Source: a candidate division FCPU426 bacterium (lineage in GTDB: Bacteria; Oederibacteriota; Muellerivitia; Muellerivitales; Muellerivitaceae). From it: 64,000 nt of DNA. Made by a program: the position numbers and the translations under genes. The notes beneath the pieces were generated by a model. The model was not told the origin of the DNA. It was given only the letters and a program-made list of their open reading frames with translations, and ran no database searches. The number at the start of each line of letters is the position of its first letter. The stretch's first letter is position 1. The stretch covers positions 49,358 through 113,357 of the forward strand of contig CAWKAR010000034.1 of assembly GCA_963847625.1 (NCBI GenBank), given 5' to 3'. Below are positions 22,241 to 32,574 of this stretch, one piece after another.

Positions 22241-23158
22241 CTATTTCACGGGAGTTAGCCAATCGAAACGGTCCGGGGTTTCTCCCCGGATGATGTCGAA
22301 AAAGGCCTTTTGGACCCTCTCGGTGACCGGGCCCCGCTTACCGTCGCTGACTGGAATATTGTCGACCTTGGAAACATGGACGATCTCCGCAGCGGTTCCC
22401 GTCAGGAACACCTCGTCGGCAACATAGAGGCTTTCGCGGGGAAGCACTTGCTGGCGGATCTCAATGCCCAGGTCCCGGGCCAAAACGAAAACTGAATGCC
22501 GGGTGATGCCCGGAAGGATGGAGGAATTGGTGGGTGGCGTGAAGATAACACCGTTCTTCACCATAAAAACGTTCTCACCCGATCCCTCCGAAACAAATCC
22601 GTAATGGTCCAGGACGATTCCCTCGTCGAACCCGTCCTGGACGGCTTCCATCTTCACCAGTTGGGAATTCAGGTAATTCCCTGCCGCCTTGGAAAGGGTT
22701 GGAAAGGTATTGGGAGCCGGCCGTTGCCAGGAGGAGATCCTGACCGAGATACCCTTGGTGAGGGATTCCTTGCCCAGGTAGGAGCCCCAATTCCAGGCCG
22801 CGATGGCGCAATGCAGGGGGTTTTTCAGGGGATTCACGCCCACCGGTCCGTAGCCCCGGAAGACGAAAGGACGGATGTAGCAGGCCTTGAGTTTGTTGGT
22901 CCTCAACAACTTCACCACCGAGTCGCTGAATTGTTTCTTGGTGTAGGGGATATCCATCCGGTAAATTTTCGCGGAATCGTAAAGCCGGTCCATGTGGGCG
23001 TCAAGCCTGAATACCGCCGGCCCTCCCTTGGTGTTATAGCAACGGATGCCCTCGAATACGCAGGACGCGTAGTGGACGACGTGGGATAGGACATGGATGG
23101 TTGCTTTTTTCCAATCCACCATCTTCCCGTCAAACCAAATTTTTCCTTTACCGAACAA
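22241..23158 (-). CDS. ilvE: Branched-chain amino acid aminotransferase
   Basis: HVVHYASCVFEGIRCY, KAAGNYLNS, SEGSGEN, ILPGITR, GTAAE; TTG start at 23158 after GGAGG. Confidence 0.95.
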   Translation of the reverse strand: MFGKGKIWFDGKMVDWKKATIHVLSHVVHYASCVFEGIRCYNTKGGPAVFRLDAHMDRLYDSAKIYRMDIPYTKKQFSDSVVKLLRTNKLKACYIRPFVFRGYGPVGVNPLKNPLHCAIAAWNWGSYLGKESLTKGISVRISSWQRPAPNTFPTLSKAAGNYLNSQLVKMEAVQDGFDEGIVLDHYGFVSEGSGENVFMVKNGVIFTPPTNSSILPGITRHSVFVLARDLGIEIRQQVLPRESLYVADEVFLTGTAAEIVHVSKVDNIPVSDGKRGPVTERVQKAFFDIIRGETPDRFDWLTPVK

Positions 23159-23221
23159 GGTGATTCCTCCCTGAAAATAAAAAAGTGGCGTCATTATAGC
23201 AGGAAATATTTATATATCCCT

Positions 23222-24262
23222 TTATTTGACCCTGCCCTGGCGGCCCAATAGGTCAATTGCTTTCCCGGTAATGAAATCCACATCCAGCTGGTCCATGCAG
23301 GCCATCCGGGAACATTGCTCCCGTCCGCAATGACTGCAATCGACCTCGGCGTGGGCGTACGCGTGGGGGGCCTTGTAGGGAAACCAGATTTCAGGCTCCC
23401 CGGGCCCGAAAATCCCCAAGGTAGGCGTACCCACGGCCGGTCCGATGTGCATGGGCCCCGCGTCATTGGAGACCAACAGGTCCGACGCCTCGATCAGCGC
23501 TGTCAGGCCCCTCAAGGAAGGCTGGTTCGCGAAAAGCCAACCCGGTTCCATTTGGACCTCGAAGCTCCGCGCCAAGCCGGCATCCTTGGGTCCGAAGAGA
23601 AAAAGAGGCCTGGCTCCCTTTTTGGCAAGCCTCCACCCCAGCTCCACGAAACGCTCCAAGGGCCATCGCTTGGTGGGCCAGGTTGCCCCTGGAAAAAGAG
23701 CCGCTACTTTTTGTCCCGGCCTTAACAGCGCCCGTTTCAGGATGGTCTTGGCATGGACTTTCTCTTCCTTCGTCGTGAAGAGCGATGTTTTGTACGGTCC
23801 CTCGAATGAAAAACCCAGGGCCCTCACCTGGTCCAGGTAAGCGTCCGTGACGGGCCTGCGCCCGGAGGGGAGGGGTTTCGTCGCGGGCTTGGCTACGGTG
23901 GTATAAGCCCAGGACCGCCCTCTCATCTCAAAACCCACCCTCAAGGACGCCCCGCTGAAAAAGGACATTAGCACCGTCCGAAAATTCCCAAACAAGTCCA
24001 GGACGGCGTCAAACCGGTGCCGCCGAAGCTGTCGGTAAAAACCCCCAATGTAAAAGGGATTTTTTTTCTTCCCGGTCACAAAGGGGATGACGCCCGCGAT
24101 ATCCGGGTGATTCCCGAGTATTTCCGCATAGGGCGTCTCGGCCAGGTACCAAACCTCGGTACCGGGATTTTTCCCCCGCAGGACCCCGGCCAAGCCGGTG
24201 GCCAGGATCAGGTCCCCCAGGAAACGGGGGCGCAGGATCAAGACTTTTCGGGGAAATTCCAT
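23222..24262 (-). CDS. Glycosyltransferase family 9
   Basis: Start MEFPRK at 24262; LGDLIL, TKRWP, NDAGPMHIG. Confidence 0.88.
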   Translation of the reverse strand: MEFPRKVLILRPRFLGDLILATGLAGVLRGKNPGTEVWYLAETPYAEILGNHPDIAGVIPFVTGKKKNPFYIGGFYRQLRRHRFDAVLDLFGNFRTVLMSFFSGASLRVGFEMRGRSWAYTTVAKPATKPLPSGRRPVTDAYLDQVRALGFSFEGPYKTSLFTTKEEKVHAKTILKRALLRPGQKVAALFPGATWPTKRWPLERFVELGWRLAKKGARPLFLFGPKDAGLARSFEVQMEPGWLFANQPSLRGLTALIEASDLLVSNDAGPMHIGPAVGTPTLGIFGPGEPEIWFPYKAPHAYAHAEVDCSHCGREQCSRMACMDQLDVDFITGKAIDLLGRQGRVK

Positions 24263-24264
24263 GG

Positions 24265-25314
24265 TCAAATCGCCATTCTGGAATGTATCAAGGCTTTGAG
24301 CGGCCGGATCACCTCTTCCGGCTGCAAAGCCATCATGCACTCGTGCTTTTTCGCCACGCAAACCGAAAGCCCGCAGGGGCGGCAGGAAACTTCCTTGAAT
24401 ATAACCGGATGCTTTTGCTTGGTATAGGGGTGCCAGCGGTTCAGGGGTTCCGGCCCCCAGACCGTCAGGGTGGGGGTTCCCACCGCGGCAGCCAGGTGGC
24501 GCGGACCGGTATCCACGCTCAGGACGGCGGCGGCCTTCCGGAAAAGTCCCATCATGGGGACCAAACTGGTGCCGGCGTAAACCGGGAGGCTTTGGCCCAG
24601 CTCCTTCTCGATTTTCGGGATTCCCTTCCTCTCGAAGGAAGCGCAGGTGAAAAAAACCTTGAGGCCGTTTGAAAGCAGTTCCCGGATAACGGCGGCCCAC
24701 TTGTCGGGATACCATTCCTTGCTCGGACAGCTGGCGAAGGGATTGACGGCCACCACCAGGTCTTCCCCGGAAAACCGGTTGGCCTTCCAAAAAGTCTCGG
24801 CAAACTGCAGGGCCTTTTCCGGCACGGGCCAATAACCGCCCTCCCGGTCATGGGGCTTGGGTTCCAGTCCGATCAGGCTCAGGATGCGCCGGTCGAGTTC
24901 CCAGGCCGGTGCCGTCAACTCGTCGTCCCCCTTGGCACACGAATCGTAAAACCTCCGGATCGGGGGAAGGTCCAGCCCGATCTTATAGGCGGGCTCTCCC
25001 CAGGAGATCAACTGGGCGCTGCGGTGGGAGGCGGAAAAATCGATGGCCAGGTCGAAAGCCCGCTCGCGCAGGGCCTTGGCCATGAGGTGGTTTTTCCAGG
25101 CCCGGACCCAGAAGGGTTTCCGGTCGACAGCTCCCCGGTGGTAGGCCAGGACCTCGTTGGCCCATCCCGCCGCGCGGTACAGCTCGTGGGCCGGGGGCTG
25201 GATCAGGGCTGTGATCCAAGCCTTGGGAAAAGCTTCCCGCAGGGCCTCGAAACAGGTCCCGGCCAGGATGGCGTCACCGATGGGCCGTAGCTTGACCGCG
25301 AGAATGCGCTTCAT
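24265..25314 (-). CDS. Glycosyltransferase family 9
   Basis: IGDAIL, SKEW, VDTGPRHLAAAVG, CRPC. Confidence 0.88.
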   Translation of the reverse strand: MKRILAVKLRPIGDAILAGTCFEALREAFPKAWITALIQPPAHELYRAAGWANEVLAYHRGAVDRKPFWVRAWKNHLMAKALRERAFDLAIDFSASHRSAQLISWGEPAYKIGLDLPPIRRFYDSCAKGDDELTAPAWELDRRILSLIGLEPKPHDREGGYWPVPEKALQFAETFWKANRFSGEDLVVAVNPFASCPSKEWYPDKWAAVIRELLSNGLKVFFTCASFERKGIPKIEKELGQSLPVYAGTSLVPMMGLFRKAAAVLSVDTGPRHLAAAVGTPTLTVWGPEPLNRWHPYTKQKHPVIFKEVSCRPCGLSVCVAKKHECMMALQPEEVIRPLKALIHSRMAI

Positions 25315-26405
25315 GGTAGCGGTGTCTCCTGCCGGTTTTCAGCTTGGACCCGGGCCGGGTAATCCAACTTTTTTTGGATGGCTTTGAATACTTCTTCCAC
25401 GGAAATGGCGTGCAGGCATTCGTACCCGATCGGGCAGGTCCTTTGGAAACAGGGACTGCATTCGGTTTTTTTGTAGATCACTTCATGTCCCGTACCGAAC
25501 GGCCTCGTCCATGTGGGAGAAGTGGAGCCGAAAAGGGCTACGGTGGGCGTCCCAACGGCAGAGGCCATATGCATGGGGCCCGTATCGCTGGTCACTAAAA
25601 GCCGGCAACGGGACAAAACCTCTGCCAGGGTCAGGACGTCGGTCTTCCCCACCAGCCAGAGGAAGTGGTCCGCCCCTGAATCCCCAAGTCCCTTTTTTAA
25701 TCCCCCCGGGAAAACCTCATCACCTTCTCCGCCGAGGATAAGGATGGTTTCCTTCCGGGACCGCCTCAACTGATCGGTCAATTCCAGCCAATAAGGCAGG
25801 GGCCAGCGTTTGGCCGCCCCATAGGTGGCGCCGGGGCAAAAGGCCAGGAAATCCCCACCCCGGATGACATCCAACCGGTCCGCCTTTTCGCGGGCCTCCG
25901 GGGTCAAGGGGCTCGACAGGCGGAAGCTTTGGGTGGTGGCTTTCATTTCGAAACTTTTTTGGGCCAGGTCCAAATATTCCCAAACCAGGTGTTTTTGACG
26001 GGGAGTTTCATAGGGAATCACCCGGGTTAAAAAAAAGTCCCGGCCTTCCCCACCCCACCCGATGCGCGACGGGACCCCCGCCGCGAAAACGAAAAATGCG
26101 GATGAAAAGGACGTGGGAAGAACCAGCACGGTGTCAAATCCCTCCCGCTGGATCTCCCGGACCGTTCTCCAATAAGAGAGAAATCCCCGGTTTTCTCCGG
26201 TGGAAAACACCTGGTGGATTCCGGGAAAATTTTCCCAAAACTCGGCAAAGGGCTTCCGGGCCAGGATGGATATTTCCGCTTCTGGAAAGAACCGGATGAT
26301 TTCCGAAACGGCAGGCGTGGCCATCAGGGTGTCCCCAAGCCAATTGGGAACCCGCACCAGAAGTTTGCGGGGGCGGGTTGGAATAGGACTTGTCAGGGTT
26401 TGCAC
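25311..26405 (-). CDS. waaF: Lipopolysaccharide heptosyltransferase II
   Basis: PNWLGD, PGATYGAAKRWP, SDTGPMH, CSPCFQRTCP. Confidence 0.85.
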   Translation of the reverse strand: MQTLTSPIPTRPRKLLVRVPNWLGDTLMATPAVSEIIRFFPEAEISILARKPFAEFWENFPGIHQVFSTGENRGFLSYWRTVREIQREGFDTVLVLPTSFSSAFFVFAAGVPSRIGWGGEGRDFFLTRVIPYETPRQKHLVWEYLDLAQKSFEMKATTQSFRLSSPLTPEAREKADRLDVIRGGDFLAFCPGATYGAAKRWPLPYWLELTDQLRRSRKETILILGGEGDEVFPGGLKKGLGDSGADHFLWLVGKTDVLTLAEVLSRCRLLVTSDTGPMHMASAVGTPTVALFGSTSPTWTRPFGTGHEVIYKKTECSPCFQRTCPIGYECLHAISVEEVFKAIQKKLDYPARVQAENRQETPLP

Positions 26406-27553
26406 AGTAATTCATTGTAAGTTTTCCGGAGGGTTTTCGTGAGTTTTTTCGACGAAAACAATTCGGCGGCCCTTTTTCGCACTTTTAATCTCAGGGATTT
26501 CAAGTTTCGTTTTCGGAGCCTTTCCAATATCCCGCAAAGCTCCTCCACGGATCCGGCCGGGAAAATCATGCCGGGGTCGCCGATCACTTCAGGGATGGCC
26601 CCGCAATCGGACCCGACAGCGGGAACCCCGCAGGCCATGGCTTCCGCCAGGACATAGCCGAATTGCTCCACCCATCTCTTCGTGGGAAGACTCGGCAGGA
26701 CCAGCAGGTCCCCCAGGCGGTAATACCGGGGAATCTGGCCGTAAGGGATGAAGTCCAAAAGATGAATATTCTTTTGGAGGCCATTTTTTTGGATCCAAGC
26801 GGCCGCCCCTTCCTCGTCCTTGCCGATTAAAAGAAAGTGGTAATGGGGGCGGGACTCCGCCAGCCTTTGGGCCGCCTCTAAAAATGTGAAAACCCCCTTG
26901 CTTCGGGCCAGCCGACCCACGTAAAGCACCAGGAAGGCGTTTCCAGGGATTCCAAGGGTTTTAAGCAGGCGCGGCTCGGCCGGGCCCGGCTTGAAGAAAC
27001 CGGTGTCAATGGAATTGGAAATCCTGCGGATTTTTTCCTCCGGTACGCCTTCTTCTATCAGGGCCTTTTTGGCCCCCTCCGAGACGGCAAGAAAGAGGTC
27101 GGCCTGCGCCCCGACTGCCTTTTTGATGTGCCGTTCCATAAACTTATGCTCGTTCAAATGGGGGATGTTTTCGGCGACGGTCACCACCATTTTTGCCCCG
27201 TAGATCCGTTTGGCCAGGGCCGCCTCGTAATCAAAACAAAAGGGAAGGTCCTTGATGTGGTAGAGGTCAAAACCCTTGAGACGGTCCAGCATTCCGCAAA
27301 AAGTATGGGTGCTTCCGGTCAAGGCGTCGCGCGCGGCCTGCCATTTCCGGCGGGTCCGCTCGAAGGAAGTTTTTCCCGCGATGGGGCACCAGAGGATTTG
27401 CCGGGGAATTTTGATGGAGGAAAGGTCGAATTGGGTCCTGTGGGGGATAAAAGCCACCAGGTCGAAATCTTTTTGGAGGGGCTCGTAGGATTGCATCTCG
27501 AATGGATTCAAGAGGGGCCCCCGCAAAAGGGCCACGCGCGGTTTTCGTTTCAA
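26393..27553 (-). CDS. Glycosyltransferase family 4
   Basis: YVGRL...KG, EQFGYVLAEAMACG (EX7E); probable TTG start overlapping the upstream stop. Confidence 0.88.
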   Translation of the reverse strand: MKRKPRVALLRGPLLNPFEMQSYEPLQKDFDLVAFIPHRTQFDLSSIKIPRQILWCPIAGKTSFERTRRKWQAARDALTGSTHTFCGMLDRLKGFDLYHIKDLPFCFDYEAALAKRIYGAKMVVTVAENIPHLNEHKFMERHIKKAVGAQADLFLAVSEGAKKALIEEGVPEEKIRRISNSIDTGFFKPGPAEPRLLKTLGIPGNAFLVLYVGRLARSKGVFTFLEAAQRLAESRPHYHFLLIGKDEEGAAAWIQKNGLQKNIHLLDFIPYGQIPRYYRLGDLLVLPSLPTKRWVEQFGYVLAEAMACGVPAVGSDCGAIPEVIGDPGMIFPAGSVEELCGILERLRKRNLKSLRLKVRKRAAELFSSKKLTKTLRKTYNELLCKP

Positions 27554-28626
27554 CGGTTCCTCCTCAAGGATCTTTTCACCGCGCCTTCCACCAGGTCCAC
27601 CGTCATGTTTTCCATGCACTTGAAATGCCCGAGGGGGCAGGAATCCCGTCCATGGACGTGGCAGGGCCGGCAGGAAAGGCCGGCGACTTCCACCACCGTA
27701 TGGGGGCCCCAGGGCTCGAAACCCAGGGAGGTCGAGGTGGAGCCGTAAAGCACGACCACCCGGCATCCCCGGCCCGAGGCCAGGTGGACGAATCCCGAAT
27801 CGTTCCCGATGAAAAGGTCGCACCGTCCAAGCAGGGCGATGGATTGTTCCAGGGAGTGTTTCTCCGGCAGGCATTCCCCCCTTTCTAGGTAGGTCCCCCG
27901 CATCCGGGCCTGGATGGCCTTGATCAGGGGTATCTCCTCCCTGCTTCCGAACCAGAGCAACTGGCACCGGTAATCCTCCACCAGGCGCGAAGCCAGCTCA
28001 GAATAACTAAGCGCGGGCCAGCGCTTGGTAAACCACCTGGCGCCCGGGGACAAACCCACCACCAAACGGGTGGATGAGATTTTATGCCGTTCCGAATATT
28101 CCCGCAGGAAACTTTGATTCGCCCTGGAGATGTGGATGTCGAATGGCACGCGCAAGGGGGAAAGGATTCCCAGCGGTTCCAGGGCCTTGAGGTATTTCTG
28201 GATAGTATGCGGCCCCGGATTTTGGGCGATTTTACCCACCATCAACCGGCGCCTAAACTTTTCCTTGTCATAAACCAGGATCCTGGTCTTCCCAAGGAAA
28301 GAGCAAACCAGATGCGTCCTCAAGGAATCATGCAGGTCCAGGACCAGGGTGGGCTCCAGTTTTCTCAGTTGGCTGATATGGTGCCAGAGGTCCCAAAATC
28401 CCTTGCCCTCCAGCAGGAAAATTCCATTCAAGGCCGGATTGTGTTGGACAGCCGGGGCATATTGTCTTTTAGTGGCGAAATAAACGGGAACATTCGGCCA
28501 TACCTGCCGGAGCCGTTCCAATAGGGGGTTGGTCAAAGCCACGTCCCCCAGCGAGGAATAGCGCAGGACTAGAACTTTTTTCGGGATTTTTGGATCAGGG
28601 TTGATCTTCGCTTGCTTTCGTGCCAT
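27550..28626 (-). CDS. Glycosyltransferase family 9
   Basis: RYSSLGDV, TKRWP, NDSGFVHLA, CRPCHVHG...CPLGHFKCM. Confidence 0.88.
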   Translation of the reverse strand: MARKQAKINPDPKIPKKVLVLRYSSLGDVALTNPLLERLRQVWPNVPVYFATKRQYAPAVQHNPALNGIFLLEGKGFWDLWHHISQLRKLEPTLVLDLHDSLRTHLVCSFLGKTRILVYDKEKFRRRLMVGKIAQNPGPHTIQKYLKALEPLGILSPLRVPFDIHISRANQSFLREYSERHKISSTRLVVGLSPGARWFTKRWPALSYSELASRLVEDYRCQLLWFGSREEIPLIKAIQARMRGTYLERGECLPEKHSLEQSIALLGRCDLFIGNDSGFVHLASGRGCRVVVLYGSTSTSLGFEPWGPHTVVEVAGLSCRPCHVHGRDSCPLGHFKCMENMTVDLVEGAVKRSLRRNR

Positions 28627-28674
28627 GGGCCTTTGCTTTAATATTGATATATTATTTCAAACGGTTTGCATCAA

Positions 28675-29814
28675 CTAAGATTTTACATTTTCACAAGTCG
28701 TCGAGCAGGCCAAGGCGATGTTCTTCAAGACCGTGTCCCAATGGTTCTTCCCTCCGGTCACTTCCCACTTGATCCCTAAAACTAGGATGGGGATCGCCAA
28801 GTCCATTCCCTTGGGCAGCTTGACCTCGTCCTTTTCCGTCGTCACCAGGTATTTCAGGCCCCTCAACTTGGCGTCCTCCAAAATAGCCCGCAATTTCACC
28901 TGGGTATAGGGGTAATGATCCCGCAGGGTATAAGCGTGGCGCACCAGCACCTTGTAATCGGCCAAAGTTCGGATGAAGGAAAGGGGTGTGCCTAAGCCCG
29001 AAAAAGCTCCCACGGAAACGCGGTCCAGGGTGGAGGGCCTGACCGTCTTGCCGGTCTTGAAGTTCCTCAAAACCAGCGGTTTATAGCGCGATTCCACGAC
29101 GTAGGCCCTGGGGTTGTTCCGATGGAGAACCGTGTGGATGTCCTCCGGACTCCGGGCCAGGTTGACCTTGTTGAGGATAAAAACGTCGGCCTCCGCCAGG
29201 GCGCTGAGCGGTTCCCGGAGCAAACCTGCGGGGAGAACCCATCCCGTGCTAAAGGGATTGATGCCGTCCACCACCAGGATGTCCAGGTCCCGGTGGAACT
29301 CAAAGCGCCGCTGGAAACCGTCGTCCAGGATGATCAGGTCGGGTTTGAAATACCTAATGGCTGCCATGCCGGCGAGGTAGCGGTCCGTGCTGACCACCAC
29401 TGCGGCCTTGGGTACGCTCTTGGCGATCAACACCGGCTCGTCCCCTCCCTCCTCGGGCGTGGCCAGGAGGGTTTTCCCATCCGAGACCCAAACGAGCGGC
29501 GAGGACTTGTTCAAGCGGCGGTAACCCCGGCTCAAGACGGCGACTTTTTTCCCCTGCTCGCTGAAATGCCGGGCCAGCGCGATCACCACCGGCGTCTTTC
29601 CTGTTCCTCCGGTCGTGATGTTCCCAACGCTGACGACCGGGCAAGCCAGCCTTTTCCGCCGAAGGAAACGGGTCCGGTAGGAAGTCTTTTTTATCCACCA
29701 ACCCGCCAGGAAAAAAAAGGAAAGGCCTTCCAATAGGGAAAACACGATAAATTCGAACCAATTCCGCTGTTTCTCATGCAGGAATTTTAAGTAGGCGCTT
29801 TCCAAGTCGATCAT
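28675..29814 (-). CDS. lpxK: Tetraacyldisaccharide 4'-kinase
   Basis: [40 protein letters not shown]. Confidence 0.95.
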   Translation of the reverse strand: MIDLESAYLKFLHEKQRNWFEFIVFSLLEGLSFFFLAGWWIKKTSYRTRFLRRKRLACPVVSVGNITTGGTGKTPVVIALARHFSEQGKKVAVLSRGYRRLNKSSPLVWVSDGKTLLATPEEGGDEPVLIAKSVPKAAVVVSTDRYLAGMAAIRYFKPDLIILDDGFQRRFEFHRDLDILVVDGINPFSTGWVLPAGLLREPLSALAEADVFILNKVNLARSPEDIHTVLHRNNPRAYVVESRYKPLVLRNFKTGKTVRPSTLDRVSVGAFSGLGTPLSFIRTLADYKVLVRHAYTLRDHYPYTQVKLRAILEDAKLRGLKYLVTTEKDEVKLPKGMDLAIPILVLGIKWEVTGGKNHWDTVLKNIALACSTTCENVKS

Positions 29815-29861
29815 AGGTCTTTCCTAAACCATTCCAGGGATTTTTCAACAACCTTTCATGG

Positions 29862-31130
29862 TTATGAAAATTGAAGCGGCCATTTTTCTAAAACCTGGTC
29901 CAACATCTTTTGCGTAGCCCCTCGCATGGCGATGACGGATCCATAAGCCTTCCGGCCCGAATCCTTGGCTGTTTCCAGGTCGAGGAATTTTTTAAATGCC
30001 TGCGCCAATTCGCCGGCTTCTTTCAACTGGATTCCTCCGCCCGATTGGATCAGGGCTTTCGCCGCTTCCCGCACGTTCTGGGTATAAGTCCCGAAACAAA
30101 CCGGCACCGAGGATAAAGCCGGTTCCATGAGGTTGTGTCCGCCCACGGGCACCAATGTCCCCCCCACGAAAGCGGCCCGGGATAGGGCGTAAGCTAAAGA
30201 TAACTCCCCCAGGGTATCCAGGACAATCACCCGCTCGCTTCCGGCGCCTTTTCCCATTTCACTTCGCAATACGCTGCTGACGCCGGAATGGTCCAATTTT
30301 TGGCGGTATACCGGGATGTTCTTCAGGTGCCGGGGCGCCACCAGCACTTTAACATCGGGGGAATATCCCAGGATCTCGGGGACCAAGGGAAGTAAAAGAT
30401 CATCTTCGCCCCCCCTGAGGCTGCCGAGTGTGAATAAGATGTCCCCTTTTCCAACGTTGATTTCGTTCCGGAATTTTTCCACTCGGGCCGGATCAGGCGT
30501 CTGCAGGTCGTATTTCATCTGGCCCACGACTTGGATTCTTTTCTCCCCAACGCCAAGCTCCTGGAGCCTTTCCTGGTCCTCCCGGGTCTGGACCAGGCAG
30601 AGGTTGAAACAATTCAAAGGAGCGCGGAACAGGGCCCCGAATCTTTTATATTTCGGGAAACTGCGGTCGGACACCCGGCCGTTGATGAGTAGAAGCGGGA
30701 TTCCATTGGAGCCGGTTCTTAAAAGCCAGTTGGGCCAAATTTCGGTCTCGGCGGCAAGAACCATGATGGGCCGGAGGAATGAGAAAGCCCTTTTCAGCGG
30801 GCCGCCCGAGTCCAGTGGCGCCAGGAAAACAGAATCGGCAACGCCTTTTTCCAAGGCGATTTTTTTACCGCTCTGGGAAGTGGTGGTGAGGATGATTTTA
30901 GCGGAGGGCCGGGCCTTCCGGAACGCCCGGCAAAAAGGGGTGATGGCGTTCACTTCCCCGGTCGAGGCCGCGTGAAGCCACAGGTTGTATCCAATCGATA
31001 GTTTTTGTATTTCAGCGTCGGGGTAAAATCCAAGTCTTTCCGCCAGGGAGGAAGACCTGGCGAAAACATTCGCCAAACGGGCCATCCCGCTGATCGCACT
31101 CATGAGTAATCGGTAGAAAATAATGGCCAA
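29862..31130 (-). CDS. waaA: Kdo transferase (start approximate)
   Basis: WLHAASTGE, ETEIWPN, APRH, DTLGEL, GGHNLMEPA. Confidence 0.93.
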   Translation of the reverse strand: MAIIFYRLLMSAISGMARLANVFARSSSLAERLGFYPDAEIQKLSIGYNLWLHAASTGEVNAITPFCRAFRKARPSAKIILTTTSQSGKKIALEKGVADSVFLAPLDSGGPLKRAFSFLRPIMVLAAETEIWPNWLLRTGSNGIPLLLINGRVSDRSFPKYKRFGALFRAPLNCFNLCLVQTREDQERLQELGVGEKRIQVVGQMKYDLQTPDPARVEKFRNEINVGKGDILFTLGSLRGGEDDLLLPLVPEILGYSPDVKVLVAPRHLKNIPVYRQKLDHSGVSSVLRSEMGKGAGSERVIVLDTLGELSLAYALSRAAFVGGTLVPVGGHNLMEPALSSVPVCFGTYTQNVREAAKALIQSGGGIQLKEAGELAQAFKKFLDLETAKDSGRKAYGSVIAMRGATQKMLDQVLEKWPLQFS

Positions 31131-31186
31131 TGGATCGCCTTTAGAAACCGAAATGGTTGATTCAATCCACCCTTGCGGGCACTCGT

Positions 31187-31870
31187 TCATCTACATTCGT
31201 TCGCATCTTTTACGTTCTTTAATAAGCCGCCAAAGGATTCAACAAAAGGATAATTATCTTTTTCTCCGCTTTCCGGTGTTTCGAATAGCAGGACCCGCAT
31301 TCCCATATTTTTGGCAGTGGCCAAGTTGGAAGACCTGTCATCAACACAGAGGCATTCCTCTGGCTTGAAACCGGCTTTTTTCAAGGCAAACTTAAAAATT
31401 CCAGGATCGGGTTTTCGAATTCCAATTTCACCGCTGACGGCCCACCCGTCAAAATATTTTTCCAAATTGAACCTTTTTCTCAAAAGAACCGACCACTCCG
31501 CCACATCGTTGGACAGGCAATAAAGGCTGTAGCCTTCACGGTCCAGGGCCTGGAGGCCATCCACAACGCCTTCGTTAAGGACATAATTTTGAACGTAATC
31601 CCCGTCCCGGTTCCCATCCAATCCCGTTTTTTTCCAGAATTCCTGGGCCGTCATCCGCCCCAGGCTTCTGGCGATATAAAGATCCAATATTGCCTGGGCG
31701 CCGATTCCCGATCCGTTTCTTCGGCAAAAAGGGATCAACACCTCGGATACATCATCCCCCGACTGGTATAAAACCCCCATCGCGTCGATGAACAAGCATT
31801 TTATTCGCTCCAAGTTCAATCCCTGAAAACAAAATTTACCTTTATGATTTTTAAAAGGGTAAACGACCAT
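31187..31870 (-). CDS. HAD-superfamily phosphatase
   Basis: DAMGVL, LSND, KPDPGIF, VDD motifs. Confidence 0.8.
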   Translation of the reverse strand: MVVYPFKNHKGKFCFQGLNLERIKCLFIDAMGVLYQSGDDVSEVLIPFCRRNGSGIGAQAILDLYIARSLGRMTAQEFWKKTGLDGNRDGDYVQNYVLNEGVVDGLQALDREGYSLYCLSNDVAEWSVLLRKRFNLEKYFDGWAVSGEIGIRKPDPGIFKFALKKAGFKPEECLCVDDRSSNLATAKNMGMRVLLFETPESGEKDNYPFVESFGGLLKNVKDANECR

Positions 31871-31902
31871 TCGTCGTTCGAAATCATGACGATTTTCCCG
31901 GA

Positions 31903-32574
31903 CTATGCCTTCGAGGAATGGTTTTTGCGGAAATAACCTTCCGCTTCCCGGGTGACCCGGTCCATCTCTTTCTGGATCTTGTCCATGTATTCCTCATCCT
32001 TCCCGCCCTCGCGGGAGATCCGGATAGGGTCGCCATAAACGAACACCGCGCGGCTGAAGGGTTTGGGAATGATGAATCGATCCCAGCTTGTCAGCCGCCA
32101 GCAATGCTCCGCGGCGAAACCGTAGGGCACCACCGGGCAGCCCGCCTGCCGGGCGATATTGACCGCGCCCATCTTCATCTCCCGCCGGGGGCCCCTGGGC
32201 CCATCCGGCGTGATGGCGCACCGCTCGCCCCACTTCAGGCATTCCACCATCTCGAGGGAGGCTTCCTTCCCTCCCCTGGTGCTGGAGCCCCTCACCGTGT
32301 TATAGCCGAAGAATTTCCCAAGGGTGGCCACCAGTTCCCCGTCCCGGCTGGTGGAGATCATCACATGCACCCCCCGATGGCGGTGATGCCAGATGCCCAT
32401 GAGGATGGTCTCGTGCCACAAGACCCAAAGGGGCGGCTCGCTCTGACTGGCTCGGGGTCCCCACTCGGGTTTTCCCGCTTCCCGGATGCGGATGGTTAAA
32501 CCCAGCAGGTAAATCAGGGGCGTGGCGATGGCCAGGATCAACCAATCCAAGAGGGTCAGCCGGTAGGGGTTCAA
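31903..32574 (-). CDS. DUF374 lysophospholipid acyltransferase (LpxJ-like)
   Basis: WH, SRDGE, RGSSTRGG, ITPDGPRGP, SWDRFIIPKPFS; adjacent to lpxB. Confidence 0.88.
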   Translation of the reverse strand: MNPYRLTLLDWLILAIATPLIYLLGLTIRIREAGKPEWGPRASQSEPPLWVLWHETILMGIWHHRHRGVHVMISTSRDGELVATLGKFFGYNTVRGSSTRGGKEASLEMVECLKWGERCAITPDGPRGPRREMKMGAVNIARQAGCPVVPYGFAAEHCWRLTSWDRFIIPKPFSRAVFVYGDPIRISREGGKDEEYMDKIQKEMDRVTREAEGYFRKNHSSKA